From: Minisyncoccota bacterium
GTDB lineage: Bacteria; Patescibacteriota; Minisyncoccia; Phycocordibacterales; UBA5272
Direction: 5' to 3'
Assembly: GCA_041651055.1 (NCBI GenBank)
Contig: JBAZJW010000002.1
Location: 90,980-154,979, forward strand
Length of the DNA stretch: 64,000 bases
The translations under genes were made by a program, and so were the position numbers. This document shows, in pieces, positions 50,987 through 60,683 of this stretch. The notes under the pieces were generated by a model. That model was not told where the DNA came from, made no database searches, and worked only from the letters and a program-made list of their open reading frames with translations. The stretch's first letter is position 1, and the number at the start of each line of letters is the position of its first letter.

Positions 50987-51010
50987 GACGTATGGTCATG
51001 ACCATACGTC
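50987..51010. repeat. perfect 24-bp palindrome
   Basis: GACGTATGGTCATGACCATACGTC. Confidence 0.9.
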
Positions 51011-51017
51011 TGGTAGA

Positions 51018-53369
51018 TTATACTGGTTCTAGTACATCTATCTTTTTGAAATCTGGTGGCAGGCACCCAAGTCTGTACATGATTGGTCGCAGTCTGTTTC
51101 CGATTTCCTTATGCAGTTTCTCAATGTCTTTCAGTAACACCCTATACTGTTCTAGCTCCTCTTCTGAGCTGTTTCCAATCCATTTACGTACTTGGTACCA
51201 TCCGGCATCATCCCTTGTAAGTTGCAATCTATACGGTGCTGTGTTTCGGTATCCTATTGTCTCTGTTACCAGTCTTGTGGCCGAATCGATTAGCAGCCTC
51301 ACATCACTACTAAAAAGGTGTTTATGGCTTTCAACCCACTTCGACACAAATGACTGATTGGTGCCAGTATTCACCCAAAAGAATTCGTTTTTGATGTCGT
51401 AGGAGTTACCATTGTATTGCACACCTCCAAGTGACGAAGACTGATTGGAATTATGAAACAGTGACCAGATCACCGCGTCTACTGCAAACTGTCTATACTC
51501 AGGGTGTGTGGTGTCTGGGGTGTTATACTGGTCTTTGTTATTTAGCCACCTTCCCTTCGTCAGTCTTCTGATAGTAAACACTGTCATAGACTGCTCAAAG
51601 TTTTCTGGAGTAATAGACCATCCATTACTATTTGCATATGGTCCAGACAGTATTTCAGTAAAGTCCCTGTGCTGTACTTCGTTAGCATTAGCCAAAAGAT
51701 ACCCAATGGCATCTTCAGACAATCTATTAAGTCTACCTTTTTCCACCACGTTCAGTGCACTTTTCATTGGTGGTCTAACTACCGTGTTCTTAGGTCTATT
51801 AATCCACTTATTCAACGGATCCTTAGCAGGACCAAAACCCTTAGTACCTGTCTTTACCAATGCCCCGTTTTTGTCCCTTTCTAACACATCCAACTCAACT
51901 ATATCAATGTTGATAGTGTTTGAATTTTTTCCTTTTACCCACACAGTAAACAATACTGGCCAGTTGTTGGCAATATCGCTGAACTCTGTTGTCTGGAAAC
52001 CAGAGCCTTTTACAAACTTCCAGTTACTGAACCAAAATTTTCTGAATGACTCATAGTTTTGCCCAACCAGGAAAGATGCTGGTGTGAAGATGCCCAATAC
52101 TGTTCCCTCAGGCATGAGTTCGGTGAGCCTAAACATAAATTGTGGGTATAGATTATTGCAAGTGATCTTTTGATCCTGCATTCTTTCCTGTGTTTTTGTT
52201 CCAGTTACCCCTTTGATGGTGTGTCCGCGTCCGCTGGTATCACCAGCCCACGGCGGATTAATCAACACCGCCCAATTGTGATCATTAGTTAATAGTTCAT
52301 GGATGCCTTTTGGAATATCATCATTCAAAAAGTCTAACTGGAAAATCCTTGCCTTGACCCCGTGTTGAATCATGTTTTCTACATCATATGACATTAGCGT
52401 AGATGCAAAAATTTTGCCTGGTGGGGTTCTGCAGTTCTTTACTAAATTACCTGTTCCAGCACAGCAATCCCAGAAATATATACTATCATAATCCAGGGCT
52501 GCTTTCTGTAAGTATGAGTGAGCCATCAAACACATATCAGGGGGCGTATTTACTTCTCCTGTGTTTCTGCGATCAGAAAGTTCGATTAGTGTATCCTTAT
52601 ATGGCATTATGTTGGAAAGATCTTCTGTGGTGATTCTCTTGTAAACACTCCAGAAGTCATTGTACTCTTTGATGTCTTCAATTACTCCTTCGATTGACAT
52701 CGTTTCGCCATTCCAGGAGATTCTTCCATCCTTGCGGAGTTCATACTTGTTTTGTAGATCAAGAAAAAATGCGGATACCAGAATTTGACTGATTAGATCC
52801 TTGCTTCCGAGCACCGTTTTCTTGATCCTGCTGTTCCATTGTCTGTATACATCGCACACGTTCTCTGCATTTACCGTCCTGGTAATTGCGGAATTATCCT
52901 CCTGAAAATACGCTTTCATGAAACAAGATGCTTCGTACTCATCTGTCATACTGTAGATGTGTGGAGTGCTGATCAGTTCTTCTACTGCATCAATGATATC
53001 TTGACTTGGGTTGCTTGGTACGCTCCAATCCTTTGAGTCATCCTGGATTAGTTGTTCAAATGGCTTTGTTGAGACAATGAATGCTTCATTTTTGTCCGCA
53101 ATTGACACCTTCTTTGGTACACTGAGTGTGCAGTCCTTGTAAATAGATCTTACATAGTGCAATACTTGTGCTGTGCACCTAGACCACTGTTTCTTCATGT
53201 TGTAGTCGAACTTGAATTCAAATATCACACCACGTACATCATCCACCCCATCGCAATTGTGTACTCTATGCAACATATCAACATTAAGCCATTGGACATA
53301 GCAGTCAGTTACTTCTGATTCAGTCTTGGTATTGAGTAATGATTTCACGAACTTTATGGTTGATCCCAT
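51018..53369 (-). CDS. type IIG-like restriction-modification enzyme (nuclease-like domain plus amino-methyltransferase)
   Basis: N-terminal DG...IFEFK PD-(D/E)xK-like motif; GEVNTP, WDCCAGTGNL (motif I), NPPW (motif IV). Confidence 0.7.
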   Translation of the reverse strand: MGSTIKFVKSLLNTKTESEVTDCYVQWLNVDMLHRVHNCDGVDDVRGVIFEFKFDYNMKKQWSRCTAQVLHYVRSIYKDCTLSVPKKVSIADKNEAFIVSTKPFEQLIQDDSKDWSVPSNPSQDIIDAVEELISTPHIYSMTDEYEASCFMKAYFQEDNSAITRTVNAENVCDVYRQWNSRIKKTVLGSKDLISQILVSAFFLDLQNKYELRKDGRISWNGETMSIEGVIEDIKEYNDFWSVYKRITTEDLSNIMPYKDTLIELSDRRNTGEVNTPPDMCLMAHSYLQKAALDYDSIYFWDCCAGTGNLVKNCRTPPGKIFASTLMSYDVENMIQHGVKARIFQLDFLNDDIPKGIHELLTNDHNWAVLINPPWAGDTSGRGHTIKGVTGTKTQERMQDQKITCNNLYPQFMFRLTELMPEGTVLGIFTPASFLVGQNYESFRKFWFSNWKFVKGSGFQTTEFSDIANNWPVLFTVWVKGKNSNTINIDIVELDVLERDKNGALVKTGTKGFGPAKDPLNKWINRPKNTVVRPPMKSALNVVEKGRLNRLSEDAIGYLLANANEVQHRDFTEILSGPYANSNGWSITPENFEQSMTVFTIRRLTKGRWLNNKDQYNTPDTTHPEYRQFAVDAVIWSLFHNSNQSSSLGGVQYNGNSYDIKNEFFWVNTGTNQSFVSKWVESHKHLFSSDVRLLIDSATRLVTETIGYRNTAPYRLQLTRDDAGWYQVRKWIGNSSEEELEQYRVLLKDIEKLHKEIGNRLRPIMYRLGCLPPDFKKIDVLEPV

Positions 53370-53401
53370 CTTTAACCTCTTATACAGGTAATCACAAACG
53401 T

Positions 53402-53668
53402 TTATTGAACCTTCAATCTCTGTCTAATGTACTTGTTTCTCAGAAGAAAATTTTTCCTGTGTGCCTCTTTCAATTCAAGATCGTATTTTAACCTCTTTTG
53501 AGGGTTTGTAAGAATTGAATATGCTTTATTCAGCAAAGCCATCTTCTTGACATCACCTGTTTCTTTGTTGTCGGGGTGATAATGCTTGGCAAGAGCAAAA
53601 TAAGATTGTTTGATGTCTTCAATCCTACAATCCTCAGTGACGCAAAGGATTATGTAATAGTTGATCAC
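53402..53668 (-). CDS. J-domain (DnaJ-like) protein
   Basis: YYIIL...IKQSY..LAKHYHPD...LNKAYSIL...RLKYD. Confidence 0.85.
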   Translation of the reverse strand: MINYYIILCVTEDCRIEDIKQSYFALAKHYHPDNKETGDVKKMALLNKAYSILTNPQKRLKYDLELKEAHRKNFLLRNKYIRQRLKVQ

Positions 53669-53674
53669 ACCTTA

Positions 53675-53704
53675 ATTTTACTACGACTGTAATAATTTTG
53701 TCAA
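53675..53704 (-). promoter_or_regulatory. sigma70-type promoter, cassette copy 6
   Basis: TTGACA-18 bp-TAAAAT with upstream ACCATA tandem motif. Confidence 0.75.
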
Positions 53705-54078
53705 GTATTTTCTGTGTATGGTCATATATGGTAAATGTGAAAGGAAGGAACACCCCAACCTCGTTAATTATTATCTACATGCTTTTCGGATAGCCTGAAG
53801 TGTTTGGTCCAGCTTTTATGGGCTGATCGGTGGCATTGTGCTCGATGATATTAAGAGTGAGTATTATTGGAATCTTCCGTAGTGTTGGGGACACCAATTT
53901 CCATAACAGTAAACTCTTCGTACCCTTCAGATTGATTTAATAGATGAGCAACTTCAAGTGCCTCACCTCGCGAATTAAATTTTTTAGCCTTGGTGGGGTT
54001 GTTCGTCAAGCAGTTTCGCCACGGCTCATTTGGATCCCACCTGTTGTTACTATACGTCTAATTACTTGTCCTGTTGAT

Positions 54079-54618
54079 TTAGTCTTCACGATCGGGCTCT
54101 GTATCTGTTTCAGGCACTTCAGATTCTAAATTTTTCACTGCTTCTGCAAAATTCTCAAGATCCTTCATGTACAGTCCATGTCGTTCAATCACGGAGCAGA
54201 ATTCTTGCACATCGTGTTCTATGATAGTGTATTTTGTGTCACCATCTTCAGACTCATCATCTGTTTGAACTAACATATGCGACAGCTCATGGTCGATTAC
54301 TGCCAATTTTTGAGCATCTGTTAGTGTCTGCCACACGGGATACGACACAATCAACAAGAAGTCAAAACCTTCAACGTCCACGTCACTCATACCGTTGTTG
54401 TACTTAGCGAGTGCGTTTTCTTTAGGTGAGCACTTCCCGGCAGTAGCTATTACAATCTTCCCGCCTTTCTTTATTTCTTTATTCTTGAATAGATAAGCGA
54501 TTCTGGCATTTACTAAGTGGGTGTGAAACTTTGGAATCAGTCTTTTTGCTATTTCTGCTACAGTATCAGCACGATCAAATTGCAGCGGAACATTTTTCAC
54601 TTGCTTATTATCAGGCAT
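54079..54618 (-). CDS. putative phage metallopeptidase
   Basis: HLVNARIAYL, AVIDHELSH, HDVQEF..IERHG; GGAGG RBS. Confidence 0.8.
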   Translation of the reverse strand: MPDNKQVKNVPLQFDRADTVAEIAKRLIPKFHTHLVNARIAYLFKNKEIKKGGKIVIATAGKCSPKENALAKYNNGMSDVDVEGFDFLLIVSYPVWQTLTDAQKLAVIDHELSHMLVQTDDESEDGDTKYTIIEHDVQEFCSVIERHGLYMKDLENFAEAVKNLESEVPETDTEPDRED

Positions 54619-54709
54619 GCAGAACCTCCAGTTTTGCAGAAGTTACCGTGTTTTCATTTGTTGGTCAATGTTCATAAAATATACTTCATTTACTGATCGG
54701 TAAAACGGC

Positions 54710-55019
54710 CACCAGTGACACTGGTGAGAGGTGACCTCTTACAGGTACAGGTTGCCTAGGTCACCAGGTAACCCGCATCTGGTGCAGGTAGAGGTCGCCA
54801 GGTCACCTATGTGAGGTTGCCTAGGTGCCTAGGTACGGTCGCCAGGCGACCTAAAACTTTTTTAAAAACAAAGATCGAAGAAAGATCCGGAAAAAATGAA
54901 GGAAAAAGGGGTTTGGGGGAGAGGGGAACAACGATGCATGACGCATAAACCCAAGACTAAACTGTATACTGTGTGGCGGCATTCGCCGCCACGTGGTGAC
55001 TGCGAAGCGCAGTCACCAC
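54710..55019. repeat. repeat/palindrome cluster, candidate replication origin or packaging signal
   Basis: about ten (A)GGTNRCC-like units, an A-rich tract and two adjacent perfect hairpins at the strand switch. Confidence 0.6.
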
Positions 55020-55089
55020 CCCCACATCTATAGAAATACTTTACCCTGAAAGGAAAGGAAGTACGGCACTCGAAACATGGAGGAATAAC

Positions 55090-56070
55090 TTGCCTAATAA
55101 AGAAGAAAAACAACACATAGTAATTTATACACAGGGTGGATCGGGAGATATAATTGCTTCTACTCCTATGTTGCGTTGCATACATAGGGATTACCCAAAT
55201 CAAGAGTTGGTTGTGGTAACTACATATCCTGTTATCCTAAAAGATAATCCTAATATCAGCAAGGTATTTCCATTCAATGAGGGAATGAATGTTTATTCAG
55301 AATATAAAGATACCGCTGTTATGTTCAAGAAGAGATTTGCTTATGATTATTTTAGAGACGAACACAGAGCAAAAAGCAAGAACATACTTGATTTTATTTG
55401 CAATGTGTATGATACTAAGTGGGATGGTGATCCTCCTGAGGTGTTTTTAACAAAACATGAGCGTGAGTTTGGTCAATACTTTATGAGTCAATTCAAGAAA
55501 CCTGTAATACTGATACATGCGTTTGGTGCTGTCCCCTCTGAGGGTCAATCTAGAAAAATACACGCTCACAAAGATATGCGGATGGATTTGATCTCTGAAT
55601 TGGTTAGAAAATACAGTAAGCATTTTGAGTTCGTGCAAATTGGATTAGCTGGTGAACAGCTTGTTGAGGGTGCGTTTGATGCTCTTGGTATGCAGATGCG
55701 TGAGACTTTTGCGATCATTGACCTGTGTAAAACGTTCGTGTTCATAGAAAGTTTGTTTGCACATTATTCTGCGTGCATTAACAAGACTGGTGTAGTGTTG
55801 TTCAATAATACTGATCCAAGATTCTTTGGACATCCACACAACATTAATATCAATGCACCGCAAAGCTTGTGTGATGAGTGGCCTTGCAATCGACCGGTTG
55901 GTGCTTTGTTGGATCTGGAGCCTGGATACTTAAACCCCAAAACCCGTGAACGCAATTTGTGGACATGTAAGAGAGATATAGTATGCAATCAGATACCGTA
56001 TGCTACTCTTGAGTCTGCGTTTCTGCGCGCTATAGAAAAGAACACCGAAAAAGACGAAAAGAGTGCATAG
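55090..56070 (+). CDS. GT9-like (heptosyltransferase-like) glycosyltransferase
   Basis: GGSGDIIASTPML, FVFIESLFAH, FFGH; TTG start with GGAGGA RBS. Confidence 0.7.
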   Translation: MPNKEEKQHIVIYTQGGSGDIIASTPMLRCIHRDYPNQELVVVTTYPVILKDNPNISKVFPFNEGMNVYSEYKDTAVMFKKRFAYDYFRDEHRAKSKNILDFICNVYDTKWDGDPPEVFLTKHEREFGQYFMSQFKKPVILIHAFGAVPSEGQSRKIHAHKDMRMDLISELVRKYSKHFEFVQIGLAGEQLVEGAFDALGMQMRETFAIIDLCKTFVFIESLFAHYSACINKTGVVLFNNTDPRFFGHPHNININAPQSLCDEWPCNRPVGALLDLEPGYLNPKTRERNLWTCKRDIVCNQIPYATLESAFLRAIEKNTEKDEKSA

Positions 56071-57153
56071 ATGGAAAATCGCCCATATCAATTCCTGACT
56101 GAAGACAAGAATGAAGCCAAGACAAAGATCATAGCCTACAAGGCTGATAGTGGTGCGTGTTGGTTTTATAGGTTGCATAGTCCGTTGAGTGCTCTTACTA
56201 GAAACAACAAGTCATTTCTGATTTCTGTATATCCGTATATGCATGAATCTCACATGCTAAAGAAAAACACCGATTTGGCTATATTTCAACGTCAATATTC
56301 TGCACAGGTGTTGCAATATGCCATGCAGATGAAGAAAGATGGCATAAAAATAGTTTATGAAACTGACGATGACCTGTTTCATATACCTGATTGGAATCCA
56401 GCACATCACACCTACGCAAAAAGACAAACTCAAGACGTGATCAGAAAGTTTTTGGAAATAGCAGACGCTGTTTTTACCACCACACAGCCGCTAGCTGAGG
56501 AACTTTTGCAGTATAATGATAATGTGTACATACTTCCAAATTCAATAGATTTTAGACTGATTACCGAGAGTCCGCACAATTCAATCAAGAAAGTGGCGGT
56601 GTGGCAAGGATCCGCTACTCATAAAAATGATTTAAAATTGATTACTCCAGCCATAAAGAGGCTGTGTTCTGAAGATAAGTACATGGTGAAACTGATGTAT
56701 GCTAAAATAGAGGGAGCTTATTCTGTTCCGCCTGTTGAACTGCAGGCATTTTACCAGATGATGAGCCAATTGGACGGTACTGTTGGTTTTGCACCAATAA
56801 TAGCAAACAAATTTAACGTGTGTAAATCTAATCTAAAGTTTCTTGAATATGCTGCACAAAAGATAATTACCGTAGCATCTGATGTACACCCATATTCAAC
56901 TTCTATAGTTGATGGTGAAACCGGATTTATAGTAAAGGATAATAAGGAATGGTACGACAAGGCAGTGTGTGTTCTGGAGAACGAGGAACTTATTGAAAAA
57001 GTTACCTCTGCCGCATATGAGTACGTGAAGGATAATTTTGATATAGATGATACATATAAGTATTGGGAGACAGCAATAACAGAAGTTCTGGAAGGAAAAG
57101 ACGCAGATAACCAGGAGAATGAAGATGACAGGTCTGTCGCTAGTATTGATTAA
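56071..57153 (+). CDS. GT-B glycosyltransferase
   Basis: FYRL..P, FQRQ, YETDDD, WQGSATH, KSNLKFLEY, DGETG. Confidence 0.8.
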   Translation: MENRPYQFLTEDKNEAKTKIIAYKADSGACWFYRLHSPLSALTRNNKSFLISVYPYMHESHMLKKNTDLAIFQRQYSAQVLQYAMQMKKDGIKIVYETDDDLFHIPDWNPAHHTYAKRQTQDVIRKFLEIADAVFTTTQPLAEELLQYNDNVYILPNSIDFRLITESPHNSIKKVAVWQGSATHKNDLKLITPAIKRLCSEDKYMVKLMYAKIEGAYSVPPVELQAFYQMMSQLDGTVGFAPIIANKFNVCKSNLKFLEYAAQKIITVASDVHPYSTSIVDGETGFIVKDNKEWYDKAVCVLENEELIEKVTSAAYEYVKDNFDIDDTYKYWETAITEVLEGKDADNQENEDDRSVASID

Positions 57154-57607
57154 TGGAAGCTTTGTTGGCGCGGTGTCTGATAAAGAATTTTCAGAGTGGG
57201 TTGATGGTACAAAAAATCGCCTGTTGATGTATTTTCCGAAAATGCTGCAAATACAGCCTGTTATGGAAAATGAACAGATGGCTGGCTTTAAGACCATGGT
57301 TTTGCCCATGCATTTGTTGAAGGTTAAACAGGAATTTTTGATGGTGAGTCCTACTACAATAGAAGTGTTGTGTGTAATAAATAAAGATCAAGATGAGGCG
57401 GAACAAGATATAAACAACTTATCACAAAAAGACATACGCGATTTTATTTTAGAACATCTGCATGCATTCAGTACCATGCCGCAAATTGAGCTGTTTGGCT
57501 TGTGGACCAACGCTATTAACATGTGGCGCGCTGAGTTGGCTGGTATAGCTGTTCCGTCTGGTCCTGTTCCGAGACCTAGGAACATTTCAAGATTGAAATT
57601 GAAGTAG
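57119..57607 (+). CDS. hypothetical protein
   Basis: 162 aa; AGGAG RBS. Confidence 0.5.
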   Translation: MKMTGLSLVLINGSFVGAVSDKEFSEWVDGTKNRLLMYFPKMLQIQPVMENEQMAGFKTMVLPMHLLKVKQEFLMVSPTTIEVLCVINKDQDEAEQDINNLSQKDIRDFILEHLHAFSTMPQIELFGLWTNAINMWRAELAGIAVPSGPVPRPRNISRLKLK

Positions 57608-57614
57608 GTGGTGC

Positions 57615-57950
57615 ATGGCAGACAAAAGACAGCTTTGTAAAATCGGAAAAAATGCAGAAATTGTGTTTGATGGTAAGTGCTTTACTCTTAGATTTCTAGA
57701 AGGAGGATCTGTGGTTGATGAGTTTAATTTTAGCTGGATAGCAGATGCATTGCGTGCGTATGTATTGTACTCATTAAACAAGGTTGCTAGAATAGAGCCT
57801 TCTGTGTCGGGGCTTGTAAAGAAAGTGGATAATTTATCGGCATTAATTAGTTCTGTGGGGTGTGTTCTTGGGGATGAATGGAGGAAATTTGTTAACGATC
57901 CTGTAGAAAAAGTAATAGAAGAAGAGGATACTAGAAATGAAGACGAATGA
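57615..57950 (+). CDS. hypothetical protein
   Basis: 111 aa in the operon. Confidence 0.5.
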   Translation: MADKRQLCKIGKNAEIVFDGKCFTLRFLEGGSVVDEFNFSWIADALRAYVLYSLNKVARIEPSVSGLVKKVDNLSALISSVGCVLGDEWRKFVNDPVEKVIEEEDTRNEDE

Positions 57951-58518
57951 GAATGTAATAATACTTACTAAAGCGTATATAATAGAACTATTTGATAGCA
58001 TGTTTTTTAGTAATAGGATAAATTGGGGAGGGATAGACTTATTCAACACCCTTCCGATTATAAATTCAGAAAAAAACGGTGAAGAAGGTATTGAACAAAG
58101 ATTTGCTTTTATGGTGCATGAATCTGCTCCAATGGCACTCAAACTACTAATCACTGCGTCTGTAGGAAAAGAAATACACAAGGTGTGCTACAGAGTAAAA
58201 ACGGTCAATAAACAAATTGAAATAGATGACAGAAAAATGAAAATTCCGGTGGCTATGATTGACTGTTCTATAGCAAACTTGTCACTGGGGTTCAAAGATC
58301 CATCAGCACTCATTTTTAATATAAATACGGAGACTTCTGATGCTGCGGAAGGTTCTGTTGTGTGGAATCTAATGAAGTTTATAACAAATTCCTACATGGT
58401 GTCTCATGAATTAGATAATGATGACAAAAATTTGTTCGATGAAGTGGTATTAGACTTGAAGAGTCTGCCTCCTGTACCTGGTGATGAACACTACAGACAA
58501 GTGTACGCCATATCATGA
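57937..58518 (+). CDS. hypothetical protein
   Basis: 193 aa in the operon. Confidence 0.5.
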   Translation: MKTNENVIILTKAYIIELFDSMFFSNRINWGGIDLFNTLPIINSEKNGEEGIEQRFAFMVHESAPMALKLLITASVGKEIHKVCYRVKTVNKQIEIDDRKMKIPVAMIDCSIANLSLGFKDPSALIFNINTETSDAAEGSVVWNLMKFITNSYMVSHELDNDDKNLFDEVVLDLKSLPPVPGDEHYRQVYAIS

Positions 58519-59057
58519 AGAGGTTGTTTGTAGATCCAGGCAGTGTGTCTGGGTATGCTTGTTATAACAACGGCAATTTGTGTGAACACGGTTATTGTAA
58601 TTGTAAGGTGTATGATAAGGAGTGCGTTGACTACGTAAAATCAATCATTGAACTTACAAAACCAGAAGAAGTATATATTGAGCGACAGTTCCTGCCTGAA
58701 CCAAAAAAAGAGAACGGAAAAGTAACAGGCAGAACACTTGGTATATTCACACTGGTTTTGAATAGGTCTGTGTGGGATGTGTTATCTACACTTATTATTG
58801 GCAGTGATGCTGTTAAAGAAGTGAATGTTGCTAAGTGGCAATCACATTTTGGGCTAAAAGTGGACAAATCTATTAAGAGCAAATACTCCAGAAAGAAGAA
58901 GCTGAAGCAAGATATGATTTGCAAGGTGAAAGAGCTGTTTGGTATTGAAGTGTGTGAAAATGAGGCAGATGCTGTACTAATAGGTAAGTATATAACCGAC
59001 AAAGAGAGCAGCGATGTCACTGGACCTGACAGCACTAATAGCGGTAAAGGATCGTGA
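58515..59057 (+). CDS. RuvC-like Holliday junction resolvase
   Basis: LFVDPG, VYIERQF, KWQ, NEADAVLIG acidic motifs. Confidence 0.7.
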   Translation: MKRLFVDPGSVSGYACYNNGNLCEHGYCNCKVYDKECVDYVKSIIELTKPEEVYIERQFLPEPKKENGKVTGRTLGIFTLVLNRSVWDVLSTLIIGSDAVKEVNVAKWQSHFGLKVDKSIKSKYSRKKKLKQDMICKVKELFGIEVCENEADAVLIGKYITDKESSDVTGPDSTNSGKGS

Positions 59058-59748
59058 GTTCAACATAAATTACTGTTTGTCGTCGATAGATAAGTGCAAT
59101 CCGAAACCGAAGTGTATTTTAGTTGATTTTGGTAGCAAGATACCTTTGTCCGGGAGATTCAACTATGACTGGTTGCAAGTGATTAGGGTTACTCGCAATA
59201 CTAGCCTGTTTCATAAAGCAAGAGCACTGAACATAGGACTGAAGAAAACCACTACCAAATATGTGTGTGCTACGGACGCTGATCAGGTCTTTAACCCATC
59301 ATTTTTTGGTGTGGTGCATGATTTGCTCATGAAGAACCCAAAAGCGTTCGTGATGTGTTATACATATTTTTTGTATAAAGCTCCAAATTTTAAGCCGCAT
59401 GAACTCAATTATCACGCGCTACTAAAACAAGTGCGTGCATCAAAATCCAAATTGAGTGGAGATGGATGTTGTAATGGTATAAACAAAGATTTTTTGATGA
59501 GTGTGCATGGATGGGATGAAAGATACATTGGGTATGGTGCAGAAGACAGTGATATGAATCTTCGTGCGCGGTTACGCGGGTATAACATAGTATGGGCACA
59601 TAAATATACTAATATGATTCATTTACCTCATAGCAGAAGTACGCCATATCACTCAGCTTCATATTTATCTGCAAATAGAAAGATGTATTATACAAGAAGA
59701 AGAATCAAAGACGTGGTTGTAAATCCCAGGAATTGGGGTGAGATTTAG
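59014..59748 (+). CDS. GT-A glycosyltransferase (GT2 / GT7-like C-terminus)
   Basis: VDFGS, KARALNIG, DAD, GWDERYIGYGAEDSD. Confidence 0.85.
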   Translation: MSLDLTALIAVKDREFNINYCLSSIDKCNPKPKCILVDFGSKIPLSGRFNYDWLQVIRVTRNTSLFHKARALNIGLKKTTTKYVCATDADQVFNPSFFGVVHDLLMKNPKAFVMCYTYFLYKAPNFKPHELNYHALLKQVRASKSKLSGDGCCNGINKDFLMSVHGWDERYIGYGAEDSDMNLRARLRGYNIVWAHKYTNMIHLPHSRSTPYHSASYLSANRKMYYTRRRIKDVVVNPRNWGEI

Positions 59749-60683
59749 TGTCAAGACCAAAGATCATAACGATACGAAAATGGGGCACCGCAAACTGTAT
59801 GCGTGAGTTTGGGTTTGATGTGTATTCTGTTCCAGTTAATAATTTGAAGAGCGCGCGTTTGTTTATGATGGCAGTTAAGGAGATTCAACCTGATATATTC
59901 TTTTTCTCTAAAGATGAGAGTGTGTCGCCCAGTGTATTTAAGAGGGTGAGAACTTTGTCACCCAATACAGCTTGTGTGATGCTGTACTGGGATCAACGTG
60001 GGCGTGTTCCTGGGATAATCAAGGCCAGGAGAGGGTGCATAGACTCCATTATTATAAATAATGCTGATCCAAAACAATTTTTGATGTATAAAAAATTTGG
60101 AATAAAAAATGTGTATACGCTGTATGATTCTGCAAACAGTAAGATATTCAATCCTATTAATAAAAAGAGAACATATGATTTAATATTTGGTGGCTCGAAC
60201 TACAAAAATTTGTTTCCGCTGTCTAATATGAGATTGTGTTTATTGGGAGAATTGAAAAGGAAATTTAATATGATAGTCTATGGTAATGGTTGGCCATTTC
60301 AATCTATGCCTATAGTAAGAAAAAATAAATATTGTGAGGCTATTCAGAATGCAAAAATTAGTTTAGGTATAAATCATTATGATGTATATAAATATTATGA
60401 GGAAAGATTTATTGAGTGCATGGCAGCAGGAAGAATGCATTTAACATATTATATACCTGGAATGGAAAACGATTTTGGAAATAGAAAACATGTGGTGTGG
60501 TTCAAAAGTGTTCCTGAGTGTGTTGATCTTGTGCGTTATTATTTGAAATACCCAAATAAGAGGGAAGAAATAGGGAGGGATGGGAGGAAAAGGATTTTTG
60601 AGCTTTTTGATATCAAAAAGAACACACAGAGATTATCAAATATACTTAAGGATTCATATACAAGAAAGCAGGCGGCAACGTGA
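59748..60683 (+). CDS. CgeB-like GT-B glycosyltransferase
   Basis: DLIFGGS, VYGNGW, KISLGIN..ERFIECMAAG...REEIGRDG. Confidence 0.75.
   Translation: MSRPKIITIRKWGTANCMREFGFDVYSVPVNNLKSARLFMMAVKEIQPDIFFFSKDESVSPSVFKRVRTLSPNTACVMLYWDQRGRVPGIIKARRGCIDSIIINNADPKQFLMYKKFGIKNVYTLYDSANSKIFNPINKKRTYDLIFGGSNYKNLFPLSNMRLCLLGELKRKFNMIVYGNGWPFQSMPIVRKNKYCEAIQNAKISLGINHYDVYKYYEERFIECMAAGRMHLTYYIPGMENDFGNRKHVVWFKSVPECVDLVRYYLKYPNKREEIGRDGRKRIFELFDIKKNTQRLSNILKDSYTRKQAAT

Noticed and set aside
54862-55203. 113-aa minus-strand ORF across the switch region
   Set aside because: Low-complexity translation of the purine tract and hairpins, overlapping the GT9-like gene
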